From Actinomycetota bacterium (GTDB lineage: Bacteria; Actinomycetota; Acidimicrobiia; Actinomarinales; Actinomarinaceae), in NCBI GenBank assembly GCA_014384285.1, contig JACNGE010000011.1, positions 20,617 to 84,616 of the forward strand: 64,000 bases of DNA. The letters are read 5' to 3'. Of the stretch, positions 36,797 through 46,120 are shown piece after piece (position 1 is the stretch's first letter; every line of letters starts with the position of its first letter). The notes below the pieces were generated by a model. The model was given only the letters and a program-made list of their open reading frames with translations, was not told the origin of the DNA and did not search any database. A program made the position numbers and the translations under genes.

Positions 36797-39311
36797 GGTA
36801 CATTAAGTCTTTTTGGTTTAGCTCAACTATTTCTCGAGAAAAGTAATTTGTGTACATATCATTCGATATCCAGTTATCAACCTGATCATCGTAGTATTTA
36901 GACATCACATGACCAGATTGACCTGATGGAATTACCGTTCGCGAATTATCTAAATCACTCAGATCAACAACCATTCTCATAGAAGGGTAGCTTCCAATTG
37001 TAAAATCTTCACCAAAACCCCAGTCTGTAGAGTTAATAGCAAAGTTTGACCCACTTGATGCAACAGGGCCAATATTTACAAGATTTGTGAGAATTGGAAT
37101 GCCGGCTTCCCCAAGTAAATTTGTAGGATAAGTAATAGTATGTATTTCTCCCCATTCCCAATCATCACTATCTGTAGAATCGAAAATTTCAATAATTGAT
37201 TTATCAGAAAGAGCTAAAGTTCTCTCTAAAATATCAGTCAAGTTTTCTTTTTCAGGTGTATTAATATCGTCCCAAATAATGTGATTTGGATCTTTTAATA
37301 ATGTCCTAAATATTTCTGAAGTAGAATCAGAATTACCTGGTTGTAAAGATATTTCATTCCCTGCATTATCAAAAACAACTAATTCTTCAAAAGTTTGCCC
37401 AACAAGAGATTTATAGAATACCGCCCAAGCAGATGCTCCTGTTGAATCAATATTCATTTCAAACTTCTCATCACTAATTGCCCATTCTTTTAGTTCTGTC
37501 AATACTTGCGAATCAATATACACATTATTGAAAACATAAGGTAAAACATACGCAGCTGAGTAATCAAAGTTATCGATTTGCATTGCCTGCATATCATCTA
37601 CAGAAATTTTATTTATCATATATTGGTTTATTACTCGCTCAATAGCTTTGGCCCTATAGCCCCTAGCGTAATAATTTGGCCATGGCTGATCTGGATGAAC
37701 AGATTGATTGGCAGTAATGATATAACCTGAAGAAGGATTCAAAGAATATGGAAGGTCTTCAAATGCTACAAACCCCTGCCAATCATTTTCACTAAACCAA
37801 CCTTCAATTGGCAAGTCTCCATAAAGTCCTTCTTTTCTAATTGGTAATTTTCCAGGTGACTGATATGCTATATTTCCATCTCTGTCGGCATACAACAGAT
37901 TCTGAGCAGGAACGTGAAACTTTCTAGTAGCTTCTCTAAATTCTTCCCAGTTAGATGCATAGTTAAATTCTCTAATTCCTACAAAGGTTTTCCCAGGCAC
38001 TAGTGCTGACCAAGAAAGAGAAACTGCAAAATCATTAGGTAAATTGATGCGTGCCTCTTCTCTGAAAGTACTTTCTCCCTCTTCTGATATTAGGTTTATA
38101 GGGAAGCTTCTATCTGAAACTACTGGTCCGTGGTGTGTTTCTCTAACTTCAATAACTATTGGTTCTGAGCCTGCAACATCAATTATCTCAGTTGTTCTCT
38201 CCATATCTATCCAAACGTCATCAACTTGATACTGGTTTTCGTTGTTTGGATTAATTTTTTCAATAAATAAGTCTTGTACATCTGGACCCATATTTGTGAA
38301 ACCCCAAGCAATATCACTGTTGTAGCCAATTATTACATACGGGGAACCAGCAAATGAAAATCCTGCTGAATCTAGTTCACATTCTCTATTTTTGGGAAAG
38401 CAATGTAATCCATTTTCATACCATATGGCAGGCAATTGCACCGATAGGTGTGGGTCATTAGCTAATAATGGTAATCCTGTATCTGTGAGAGTACCGTCAA
38501 CTACCCAGGAATTTGAGCCTAGTGATTGATTAGTTTGCATGTCTTTTGTTACATATTTAATAAAAAATGATTGTGTCATTTGCTGAAAACTATTTGCTTT
38601 TCTACTGGAAGCAAATGAGCCTTTTCCTTCCCATTCTTCAACAATGTAAGGATGGCTTTCTGGATATGGTGGAGTTAATAAATTATAAATTTCGGGTGTC
38701 AAAGTGTTATATGTTTTTGAATTTGCTATTTCAGAAGTAAAATTGCCATTTAAATCATACGCCATCATCTTTGCCCAAGCTAGTGGATAGTAGGGTTCAT
38801 ATGTGTCAACAACATAGTCAGGGTTTATAAACTGTAAGACAAAATGTTCAAGACTCAATCTATTTTGCGGACGTGATTCAATATACGCATTAACTCCATT
38901 TGTATAGTTAATTAAATCTTGTTTAAATTCTGGTTCTAAGTTTTCGTATTCTTCGAGTGCGATTTTATGAAAACCAAAAGTCCTAAAAAGTAAGTCAGCT
39001 CCGACACCCGGTTCTCCAATTAGAGATGCTAGTCGACCAGTACTTAGGTGACTCCAGAATTCAAGTTGCCAAAATCTATCCTGTGCGTGCACATACCCTT
39101 GAGCAAAAAGAATATCATCTACATTTGTTCCATATATATGAGGTATACCCCTTTCATCTCTTATGATTTCAACAAAGTCAGTTAAGGGAAGTCCAGTAAC
39201 ATCAATTTCATGATCTGGAAGAGGCATTCTAAAAATTACTATTCCTACAATTATGACTAGTGCCTGTATGCCAATAAGTGTGACTACTAGCCACTTAAAG
39301 AATTTTCTCAA
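36786..39311 (-). CDS. penicillin acylase family protein (peptidase S45; penicillin amidase / AHL-acylase-like Ntn hydrolase)
   Basis: 841 aa. N-terminal signal-anchor. Internal ..TNQSLGSNSWVVDG.. carries the beta-subunit N-terminal nucleophile Ser (SN.W) typical of PGA/PvdQ-type enzymes. Confidence 0.8.
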   Translation of the reverse strand: MRKFFKWLVVTLIGIQALVIIVGIVIFRMPLPDHEIDVTGLPLTDFVEIIRDERGIPHIYGTNVDDILFAQGYVHAQDRFWQLEFWSHLSTGRLASLIGEPGVGADLLFRTFGFHKIALEEYENLEPEFKQDLINYTNGVNAYIESRPQNRLSLEHFVLQFINPDYVVDTYEPYYPLAWAKMMAYDLNGNFTSEIANSKTYNTLTPEIYNLLTPPYPESHPYIVEEWEGKGSFASSRKANSFQQMTQSFFIKYVTKDMQTNQSLGSNSWVVDGTLTDTGLPLLANDPHLSVQLPAIWYENGLHCFPKNRECELDSAGFSFAGSPYVIIGYNSDIAWGFTNMGPDVQDLFIEKINPNNENQYQVDDVWIDMERTTEIIDVAGSEPIVIEVRETHHGPVVSDRSFPINLISEEGESTFREEARINLPNDFAVSLSWSALVPGKTFVGIREFNYASNWEEFREATRKFHVPAQNLLYADRDGNIAYQSPGKLPIRKEGLYGDLPIEGWFSENDWQGFVAFEDLPYSLNPSSGYIITANQSVHPDQPWPNYYARGYRAKAIERVINQYMINKISVDDMQAMQIDNFDYSAAYVLPYVFNNVYIDSQVLTELKEWAISDEKFEMNIDSTGASAWAVFYKSLVGQTFEELVVFDNAGNEISLQPGNSDSTSEIFRTLLKDPNHIIWDDINTPEKENLTDILERTLALSDKSIIEIFDSTDSDDWEWGEIHTITYPTNLLGEAGIPILTNLVNIGPVASSGSNFAINSTDWGFGEDFTIGSYPSMRMVVDLSDLDNSRTVIPSGQSGHVMSKYYDDQVDNWISNDMYTNYFSREIVELNQKDLMYLRP

Positions 39312-39343
39312 AAATCTCCCCCTTCTTCTAATTAGATTAGATG

Positions 39344-39748
39344 TTATAAGTTAAGGTTGTCTATCCAGTTTGATATTTCTTTTACAGTATTTATATAAAC
39401 ATCCAGTGCATGTTCATCAGAATCATAAGAAGACCTACTAGGATCAATAAAAGAATTGTGAAGTCTATTTTTTGCGTTCGGAAAAACTGGACAAGTTTCT
39501 TCTGCAGAGTCACAGACTGTGAGCACATGGTCAAATTCCTGATTAATAAAATCATTAACTAATTTAGGATACTGGTGACTAATATCATGGCCAATCTCTG
39601 CCATAGCTTTTACAGCATATGGATTTACTTGAGTTTCAGGATGGGTTCCTGCTGAGTAAATTTCGGCATCTGGATATTTATTTTTTAGTAAACCCTCTGC
39701 AATTTGAGATCTACAAGTGTTTCCTGTACAAATAACAATGATTTTCAT
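39344..39748 (-). CDS. arsC: arsenate reductase / low-molecular-weight phosphotyrosine phosphatase family (thioredoxin-coupled ArsC type)
   Basis: 134 aa. ..IVICTGNTCRSQIAEGL.. (CX5R P-loop) plus downstream Cys residues. Confidence 0.7.
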   Translation of the reverse strand: MKIIVICTGNTCRSQIAEGLLKNKYPDAEIYSAGTHPETQVNPYAVKAMAEIGHDISHQYPKLVNDFINQEFDHVLTVCDSAEETCPVFPNAKNRLHNSFIDPSRSSYDSDEHALDVYINTVKEISNWIDNLNL

Positions 39749-39782
39749 AGATTTATTCTATTCGCTTTATTACTCTAAATTT

Positions 39783-40079
39783 ATGAATTCAGAAGCAAGT
39801 AAAGAAAAAAAATTTACTGAGCAGATTGAAAAGTGGATCATGTACTTTTTATATCTATTATTTGGTGGTTTGTTTTTCTTAATTTCTCTTCAGGGGTCTT
39901 GGAGTGAAGCGATAATTTTACTACCTGTTGCAGCTTTCACAATACCTCTAACAAAATGGGGAATGCGCTGGCAAAATGAGAGGTATATTAGAAGTGCACA
40001 AAATCAGGACGAGTTAAAAATAGTAAGTGCAAAATTAGAAGAACTTGAAGTAAGAATTTCAAAATTGGAGGAAAAATGA
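39783..40079 (+). CDS. small membrane protein with C-terminal coiled-coil (hypothetical)
   Basis: The ORF as listed begins at 39717 and overlaps arsC. The internal Met at 39783 is the more likely start. Two TM helices. Confidence 0.3.
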   Translation: MNSEASKEKKFTEQIEKWIMYFLYLLFGGLFFLISLQGSWSEAIILLPVAAFTIPLTKWGMRWQNERYIRSAQNQDELKIVSAKLEELEVRISKLEEK

Positions 40080-40561
40080 TATCACTAGAGTTAATGGCTA
40101 AGCATATGGCATGGGCTAACCAAGAAATTTACAAAGAAGTACAAAAGTTAGATGATACAGTTCTGGATTATTATGTTGTCGACCCTGAGTGGACTGTTAA
40201 AACAATCATGATTCACATCGCAGGAGCTGCACATTTATATGGGCAGAGATTAAATGGTGAGCCTTTTACCCGTTTTGAATTAAAAAACACTGAAGGTTCA
40301 GAAATGATAGATGAGCTTCTTACAGAACTTAACAGAATCGATAAAAGCTTAATAGAAAATGTTGATAGGGAAGATCGGGAGTTTACCTACACAACTTCAA
40401 AAGGTGAACAAACTGCAAAAGTCTCCGAGATTCTCTCTCAGATGATTTTTCACGCAGGCGAGCACCGAGCACAGATTGTTGCTGCATTAGATAAACATAA
40501 TGAAAGATCAATTAATTTAGATAACTATTCAGTTTGGGGTTATACCAAAAGTTTGAGTTAA
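40076..40561 (+). CDS. DinB/YfiT-like (DinB_2) four-helix-bundle protein
   Basis: 161 aa. ..MAKHMAWANQEIY.., ..IHIAGAAHLY.. and ..FHAGEHRAQI.. conserved-His helices typical of the DinB superfamily. Confidence 0.45.
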   Translation: MISLELMAKHMAWANQEIYKEVQKLDDTVLDYYVVDPEWTVKTIMIHIAGAAHLYGQRLNGEPFTRFELKNTEGSEMIDELLTELNRIDKSLIENVDREDREFTYTTSKGEQTAKVSEILSQMIFHAGEHRAQIVAALDKHNERSINLDNYSVWGYTKSLS

Positions 40562-40582
40562 TGATGAAAAGTTGGTATTGAT

Positions 40583-41419
40583 TTATAAATCTAGGCCTAA
40601 CTCTTCTGCCGTATAACTCCATAATTTTTCCCTCAAGTCATCTTTATAAACAAGTTTGTTGAGTTTTTTTGTTGTGGGCTTTCCGTAAATACCAAAAACA
40701 CTGGGTGCATATGTTTTTTTGGCTGATGTGTGTTTTGAGTTAATTGCTTTGAGAATGGGTTCCGTTCCTGTGTTAATGTTTGTAGATATATATGTGAAGG
40801 CTGATTTCCTTATATTTGTAACTTTATATGGCCTAGACTGTCTTGATTTTGTTACACCTGGATGCGCAATCGCGACAGAAACTTTATTATTAGTTCTTTT
40901 TTCAAGTTCATAGGCAAACATTGACCTGTACAAATTAGTTAAATTGTATCTGGTGCTTGAGGAAAAATTTTCCTCTCTGTGAAGATTTTCTAGTTGTATT
41001 TTTCTTGCGAGGTACATTGAAAGGCTTGAAACCTGTACCATCCTTCCCTTGTTCTCAAGAAGATTATCTAGAAGTTTTAAAGTGAGTCTGTATGTGCCAA
41101 AGTAATTCACTGCAATCATTGACTCAAATCCTTCATCAGTAAGGTTGAAATCTTGATAAATTAATCCCCCATTATTGTATAAAACATCCACTCCGTTATA
41201 AGAATTAGAAATTTCATTGGCAAAATTATTTATGCTTTCAGATTTTGAGAGATCTAACTCAAGGAAGGTTGCATTTTCTCCTAAAAATTCTGCAGCTTGC
41301 TGTCCTTTAGATTTATCTCTACAAGCAAGAATGACTCTGTAGTCATCGTGAACTAGTTGCTTGGCAACTGAGAGCCCTAAACCTTTATTTGCTCCTGTAA
41401 TTATTGCTAATTTTTTCAT
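40583..41419 (-). CDS. short-chain dehydrogenase/reductase (SDR)
   Basis: 278 aa. N-terminal ..LAIITGANKGLGLSVAKQL.. (TGxxxGxG) and ..NNGG.. / ..YxxxK-like region. Confidence 0.8.
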   Translation of the reverse strand: MKKLAIITGANKGLGLSVAKQLVHDDYRVILACRDKSKGQQAAEFLGENATFLELDLSKSESINNFANEISNSYNGVDVLYNNGGLIYQDFNLTDEGFESMIAVNYFGTYRLTLKLLDNLLENKGRMVQVSSLSMYLARKIQLENLHREENFSSSTRYNLTNLYRSMFAYELEKRTNNKVSVAIAHPGVTKSRQSRPYKVTNIRKSAFTYISTNINTGTEPILKAINSKHTSAKKTYAPSVFGIYGKPTTKKLNKLVYKDDLREKLWSYTAEELGLDL

Positions 41420-41455
41420 AATATTTTTACTCCATTCAATTCTATACTTAAAGGA

Positions 41456-41677
41456 ATGTATTATTTATTAGCCTCAGGAATAGTTCTAATTATTTTTAGA
41501 TACTTTAATCTGATCCCAAGTTTGTCGAATAGGTTTTGGAGATATGTTGATTATGTTCTACTAGTTTCCGCTTTTGTAATACTTCTTTCAAGAATTCCAC
41601 CATTTTTTTCTGGGATACTTCTTAGTGGTGTGGTTTTTTTTGCTTGGAGAAAAGGCTGGTTTGACAAACTACGTTAG
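41456..41677 (+). CDS. small hydrophobic ORF (hypothetical, 73 aa)
   Basis: Two TM-like segments. Convergent with the HExxH gene. Weak. Confidence 0.2.
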   Translation: MYYLLASGIVLIIFRYFNLIPSLSNRFWRYVDYVLLVSAFVILLSRIPPFFSGILLSGVVFFAWRKGWFDKLR

Positions 41678-42771
41678 GGAATTATCTCCAATAATACCTC
41701 TATAGGCTGAGTAGCCCACTCGTCGAACTCAGCAATCATCACATCAGCTGATTTGCCAAAATTAGATTTAAAAGCTTCTTCAAAACCTAAGTCTTCAATT
41801 TGGGTCCAAAAGTTAACTCTGAAGATTTCTTCGCTTGTGTTGTGAATCAAGTATGCAACAAACCAAGTTAAAACATCGTAGCTTTGGAATGATTCGTTAT
41901 ACCCTAACTCTCTTAAGCTTCTTCCTTCATTAAGGTATGCATTAATAGTCTGAGCTTTGTACTCCATTTCTTGTTTGAGATATCCTGCGTCGATTCCTGG
42001 TTCTTTTGAATACCAGTATTGTGCCATATATTCTGCTCCGCCCTCCATTAAAAATGGAACCTGTACTTCGTCTCCGTTAAAGTAGATATTGCGATTACTA
42101 GTTCTCCAGTCACCATCTGTATCAGTAGCTGGTACGGATAAATTTGCATGCTGATATACATGGAAATATTCATGAAGAATTACTTTTTTATAATCTTCCT
42201 CTTCAGGACCTGGATATTTAGATGACATGATAAGTGCGTTGAAATAGTATCCAATATAATCTCTGATGTAGGAACTTACTGCAGCTCCTCCCTCGTTAAC
42301 GTATCTATAAAATGGAGACCATCCATCACCACTATCATAAGGATCTCCGTTTGCACAATCCCACTTTTTATTCCATGAAGGATCTTTTTGTGTTCTAACC
42401 TCACACCATTTTTTATCTAGCGCTATAACTTCGTCTTTACCTTCCCCAACAATCCATATTTCGAGAGGTCCGTAGTTGCCCCAAAGTTCAATAGCTTTAT
42501 CAACCCATTCGGCTGTAATTTCAATTGTTTCTTGAGATACATCCGATGCAGCATAGACTTCCGGCTGTGCATCAGTTGCTCCCCAGAAAATTGAATTAAC
42601 TGAATCTTCAGAACTTTCAACTAATTTTGATTCCTCTTCAAGTATCTGCTTTTCGTCATTTTGTAGCTCTTCTTCAACTATTAGTTTTTTCTCCTCAACT
42701 GAAGTAGATAGGGGTTCGGGTGTACCTCCACAAAAAGAAACTAGAAGTAATAAAATTAATGTTTTTTTCAT
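41674..42771 (-). CDS. secreted/lipoprotein putative zinc metallopeptidase (HExxH)
   Basis: 365 aa. Signal peptide with Cys (..LLVSFCGG..). ..VILHEYFHVYQH.. (HExxH), then ..EGGAEYMAQYW.. ~45 aa downstream (a possible third-ligand Glu). Confidence 0.5.
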   Translation of the reverse strand: MKKTLILLLLVSFCGGTPEPLSTSVEEKKLIVEEELQNDEKQILEEESKLVESSEDSVNSIFWGATDAQPEVYAASDVSQETIEITAEWVDKAIELWGNYGPLEIWIVGEGKDEVIALDKKWCEVRTQKDPSWNKKWDCANGDPYDSGDGWSPFYRYVNEGGAAVSSYIRDYIGYYFNALIMSSKYPGPEEEDYKKVILHEYFHVYQHANLSVPATDTDGDWRTSNRNIYFNGDEVQVPFLMEGGAEYMAQYWYSKEPGIDAGYLKQEMEYKAQTINAYLNEGRSLRELGYNESFQSYDVLTWFVAYLIHNTSEEIFRVNFWTQIEDLGFEEAFKSNFGKSADVMIAEFDEWATQPIEVLLEIIP

Positions 42772-42905
42772 TTGTAATACTTATTATTTTTTAACAACCA
42801 ATTGATTCCCAAAAACAATCCAATAATAGCAACCAGTACTGTAAAGTTTGGAAAGTTCCAAAGAAAAATCAGCGAAAATATAATTGTAAGGAAGATTACT
42901 AACAT
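42768..42905 (-). CDS. unlisted 45-aa hydrophobic micro-ORF (MLVIFLTIIFSLIFLWNFPNFTVLVAIIGLFLGINWLLKNNKYYK); its stop overlaps the start of the HExxH gene (ATGA)
   Basis: Translated by hand from the minus strand. TGA stop at 42768-42770 overlaps the ATG at 42769-42771 of the downstream gene. No clear Shine-Dalgarno sequence. Confidence 0.2.
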   Translation of the reverse strand: MLVIFLTIIFSLIFLWNFPNFTVLVAIIGLFLGINWLLKNNKYYK

Positions 42906-43050
42906 TTTTTATTAATCAGCCAATACAATTTTTAGGAGTTAAATAATAAAGTTGTTAACTGCCAGATGATAATGAAGACAAAAACCGCAGTTTTTTTTGA
43001 AACTTTTTTATTATTAACCCAATCCATAATATTTTTAAAATTCATATAAT

Positions 43051-43650
43051 TTAATCATTTCTCGTGGGGACAAGTATCGTCACAAAATGTGAGTACGAGC
43101 CAATTTCACACTTAACACTTTTCATATTGTTTAACTTCTTCTGAATGAGTTCTGTAATTTTATATACAAAATAAAAATTTTTTGGCATGATGTCTACCGC
43201 TTGTGCCCGAAAGATTCCAGTGCAGTTTAAAAGAAGTTTTTTACTTTCTTCATCTTCTGTCAGATAAAAATGTAGCTCCCTGCAACACTTTGCTTCATCA
43301 GTGTCTTGATGTTTCCACCATGAATTATTCATCATAATGACAGCTCTCTTAGATAGTGGAAAACTATTCAAACAGTCCACTACGTTGGAAACCTTTGATC
43401 CCATTTCAGATGAATAATCTCCTTGGAGTCCTCCTCTATATTCGGTTTCATATTTTACTTTTTCTTCTTGGGAAATAGGTAGTTCACAATTTTTTCTTGC
43501 ATAGTAATCCAAGGTTTCAAAGTCGAATAAATCAGTAATTATGGTTGCATTTTCTTCATTAAAGTTATTAATATTTCCATGAAAATTATTTATAGGGGCT
43601 ATTTTTGTTGCAGCTGCTTGCATTTCTTCAGCGCTGTCATAATTATTCAT
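43051..43650 (-). CDS. short thymidylate-synthase-fold protein (ThyA / dNMP-hydroxymethylase superfamily), N-terminally divergent
   Basis: ~200 aa from the Met at 43650. ..[57 protein letters not shown] is collinear with ThyA ..[53 protein letters not shown]. The catalytic Cys, and the Arg/Asp/Asn that contact substrate, are retained. Confidence 0.6.
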   Translation of the reverse strand: [199 protein letters not shown]

Positions 43651-43660
43651 ACACTTTATT

Positions 43661-44944
43661 TTAATCAGTAACGATCTCTTTAACTTGAATCGAAAGCTTT
43701 TTAAGATTTTTATTATTGTAATTGAATATCCACAGAAGTACATATAAAACTCCTACTATAAAAAATAATAAAGCATAACCTCTTCCAGGTCCGGTTCCTA
43801 CCAGGGGAGACAAGATATCTGCATTTTCTGGATAAAAAGTGAATTCTAAGTAGTCTCCTAATGGCCCAGCAATAATAACCCCTAGAGGACGTAACATTTG
43901 AGCAATCGTACCTCTGAGTGCCAAAGCTCTACCTCTAATATCTTCAGTTGTAATGGATAGCCATGCTCCAGAAGATACAGTTTGTTGGACTGTTCCACTC
44001 ACTCCATTGATTATACCGTGAATGCATAAGAGAAATATACTTGGCCTTATTGACCCTAAAATTAAACTTAATCCACTTAACAGTCCCATATATATAGCAA
44101 CCTTTAAATTTCCCTGAAGTTTATCAGCCAATCGTAAAGAAATAATTGAACCAAGTAGAAAAGCCAAACCAATACTCGACTCAACAATACCAAGCCCTCT
44201 TGCATCAGTAAAGCTCAGAATCATTGGGGGTAGCAGTACTGAAGTAAAACCCCACAAAAAGTTAGCTATCGAGAGGATGGAGACTAAAGCGAGTAAGCCT
44301 TTTTGTTTTTTTAGCCAGCTATAAGCTTGAACTAAGTCAAAATAAACATTTCTAAAACTTAATTTATCCTTAACTTCCACTTTCTTACTTTTGAAGAAAG
44401 TTATAGTTGCTATCCCAAAGATACACGTAATAATGTCAACAAGTATTACTCCTGGTAAACCAAAGAATGCGTAAATAAAAGCTCCTCCTATTGGCGCAAT
44501 TAGAACAGAAATTGCTTCTGCGCTTTCAAATAAAGCTGATACTTTTGTTACTTCATTCTTTTTAACAACATCCCCCAAGAATGCACTCCAAGTTGTCCAG
44601 TGAGCTATTTCAAAAATTCCAAAAGCAAGTGCAAATGGTATCAAAAGAGTTAGTGTCAAAATATTATTCAATGCAAGATATCCAACAATGCACATCAATA
44701 CTGCAATTGTTAAATCGTAAATAATAATTAATCTTTTTCTGGGAAACCTATCTGCGAGCACTCCTCCAAAGGGTCCAGTAACAACACCAACTATTGCAAC
44801 AGTGAACAAAATCGTAGAAAGGGCACTAGCTCTTCCTGTCGTTTCATATACCCAAACTCCAATAGCAAAAAAAGACATACCTGAACCTGTCCAAGATATT
44901 GTTTGTCCAAACCAAAGTAAATATATTTTTTTATCCATAGCCAA
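43661..44944 (-). CDS. MFS transporter
   Basis: 427 aa, 12 TM helices. ..GVLADRFPRKRL.. is the MFS loop 2-3 motif (G-x-L-x-D-R-x-G-R-K/R). Confidence 0.6.
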   Translation of the reverse strand: MAMDKKIYLLWFGQTISWTGSGMSFFAIGVWVYETTGRASALSTILFTVAIVGVVTGPFGGVLADRFPRKRLIIIYDLTIAVLMCIVGYLALNNILTLTLLIPFALAFGIFEIAHWTTWSAFLGDVVKKNEVTKVSALFESAEAISVLIAPIGGAFIYAFFGLPGVILVDIITCIFGIATITFFKSKKVEVKDKLSFRNVYFDLVQAYSWLKKQKGLLALVSILSIANFLWGFTSVLLPPMILSFTDARGLGIVESSIGLAFLLGSIISLRLADKLQGNLKVAIYMGLLSGLSLILGSIRPSIFLLCIHGIINGVSGTVQQTVSSGAWLSITTEDIRGRALALRGTIAQMLRPLGVIIAGPLGDYLEFTFYPENADILSPLVGTGPGRGYALLFFIVGVLYVLLWIFNYNNKNLKKLSIQVKEIVTD

Positions 44945-44993
44945 TCAATTTTAACTGAATCTAAAATAAGAGAAGTTATAAAAAAGGAATGAA

Positions 44994-45983
44994 ATGAGCA
45001 TTGCTCTTATTACGGGTGGATCAGGGCACGTTGGAGCTAACTTAGTAAGAGAACTAACCGCACAAGATTATAAGGTACGGTGCATAGATTTTGATGGAGA
45101 TCATCGAGCCTTTGAAGGGTATGATGTTGAGCTTATTACAGGCAGTGTCACCGATATTGACACTTTAGATAAAGCATTTGAGGGAGTCGATGTAGTTTTT
45201 CATACTGCAGCAATTATAAGTTTGGAGAGAAAAAATAAAAGTCTTATTCGCTCTGTGAATGTTGAGGGAACAAAGAATGTGTGTAAAATGTCACTCAAGC
45301 ACAGTATCAGAAAGTTAATTCATTTTTCTTCTGTTGATGCGTTTATACGTGAACCATTAGAGGACCCTCTGTTGGAAGACAGATCACTTGTTGTGGACCA
45401 AAATGCTGTTCCTTATGATTTATCAAAAGCAGATGCACAGAGAATTGTTTTAGAGTATTGCAATAAGGGTCTTGATGCATCCATAATCCACCCTTCAGGA
45501 ATTTTTGGTCCCAACGACTTTAAGCCAAGTTTGTTTGGGCAGGAATTTATAAAAATTGCTAATAGCAAAAGACCTTTCAGTATCAATGTTGGATATGACT
45601 ATGTTGATGTTCGTGATTTGAGTAAAACAGCAGTGAACTGTATTTCGAAGGGAGTCTCTGGTCAAAATTATATTGTTGGAGGTAACTATATGGATTTTGT
45701 CTACATGGCCGATGTTATGTCTCAAGAATTGGGAAGAAAACTTATAAGAGGAACTCTTCCATTTGCAAGCATCTATCTTTCTCTTCCAATGTATTATTTA
45801 CTTTCACTTATTACAAATACACCTAGAGCTATAACTCTTGATTCAATTCATACGATAAAAGTACAAAATAAAAATATTCCAAGCCAACTATCTAAAGATC
45901 AACTTGGCCACAGTCCACGCTCTATTGAGGAAACGATTACGGATACTCTTAAGTTTTTCAACGATGTTGGGGCCATAGCGTAA
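44994..45983 (+). CDS. NAD-dependent epimerase/dehydratase family protein (3-beta-HSD-like)
   Basis: 329 aa. N-terminal ..ALITGGSGHVGANLVRELT.. Rossmann motif. ..YDLSKADAQRIV.. looks like a YxxxK catalytic motif. Confidence 0.75.
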   Translation: MSIALITGGSGHVGANLVRELTAQDYKVRCIDFDGDHRAFEGYDVELITGSVTDIDTLDKAFEGVDVVFHTAAIISLERKNKSLIRSVNVEGTKNVCKMSLKHSIRKLIHFSSVDAFIREPLEDPLLEDRSLVVDQNAVPYDLSKADAQRIVLEYCNKGLDASIIHPSGIFGPNDFKPSLFGQEFIKIANSKRPFSINVGYDYVDVRDLSKTAVNCISKGVSGQNYIVGGNYMDFVYMADVMSQELGRKLIRGTLPFASIYLSLPMYYLLSLITNTPRAITLDSIHTIKVQNKNIPSQLSKDQLGHSPRSIEETITDTLKFFNDVGAIA

Positions 45984-46120
45984 ATTTAGTCTAAGAGTGA
46001 TTGATATCCTAGCTATTAAAAGATAAGGAATCAAAAAAAAACTATTTTTTCATGCTTTCAGTTTGAAATTTGTTGCATTTCTCCATAGGTTGAAGATAAG
46101 AACAACTAAGGGGGAATCTT

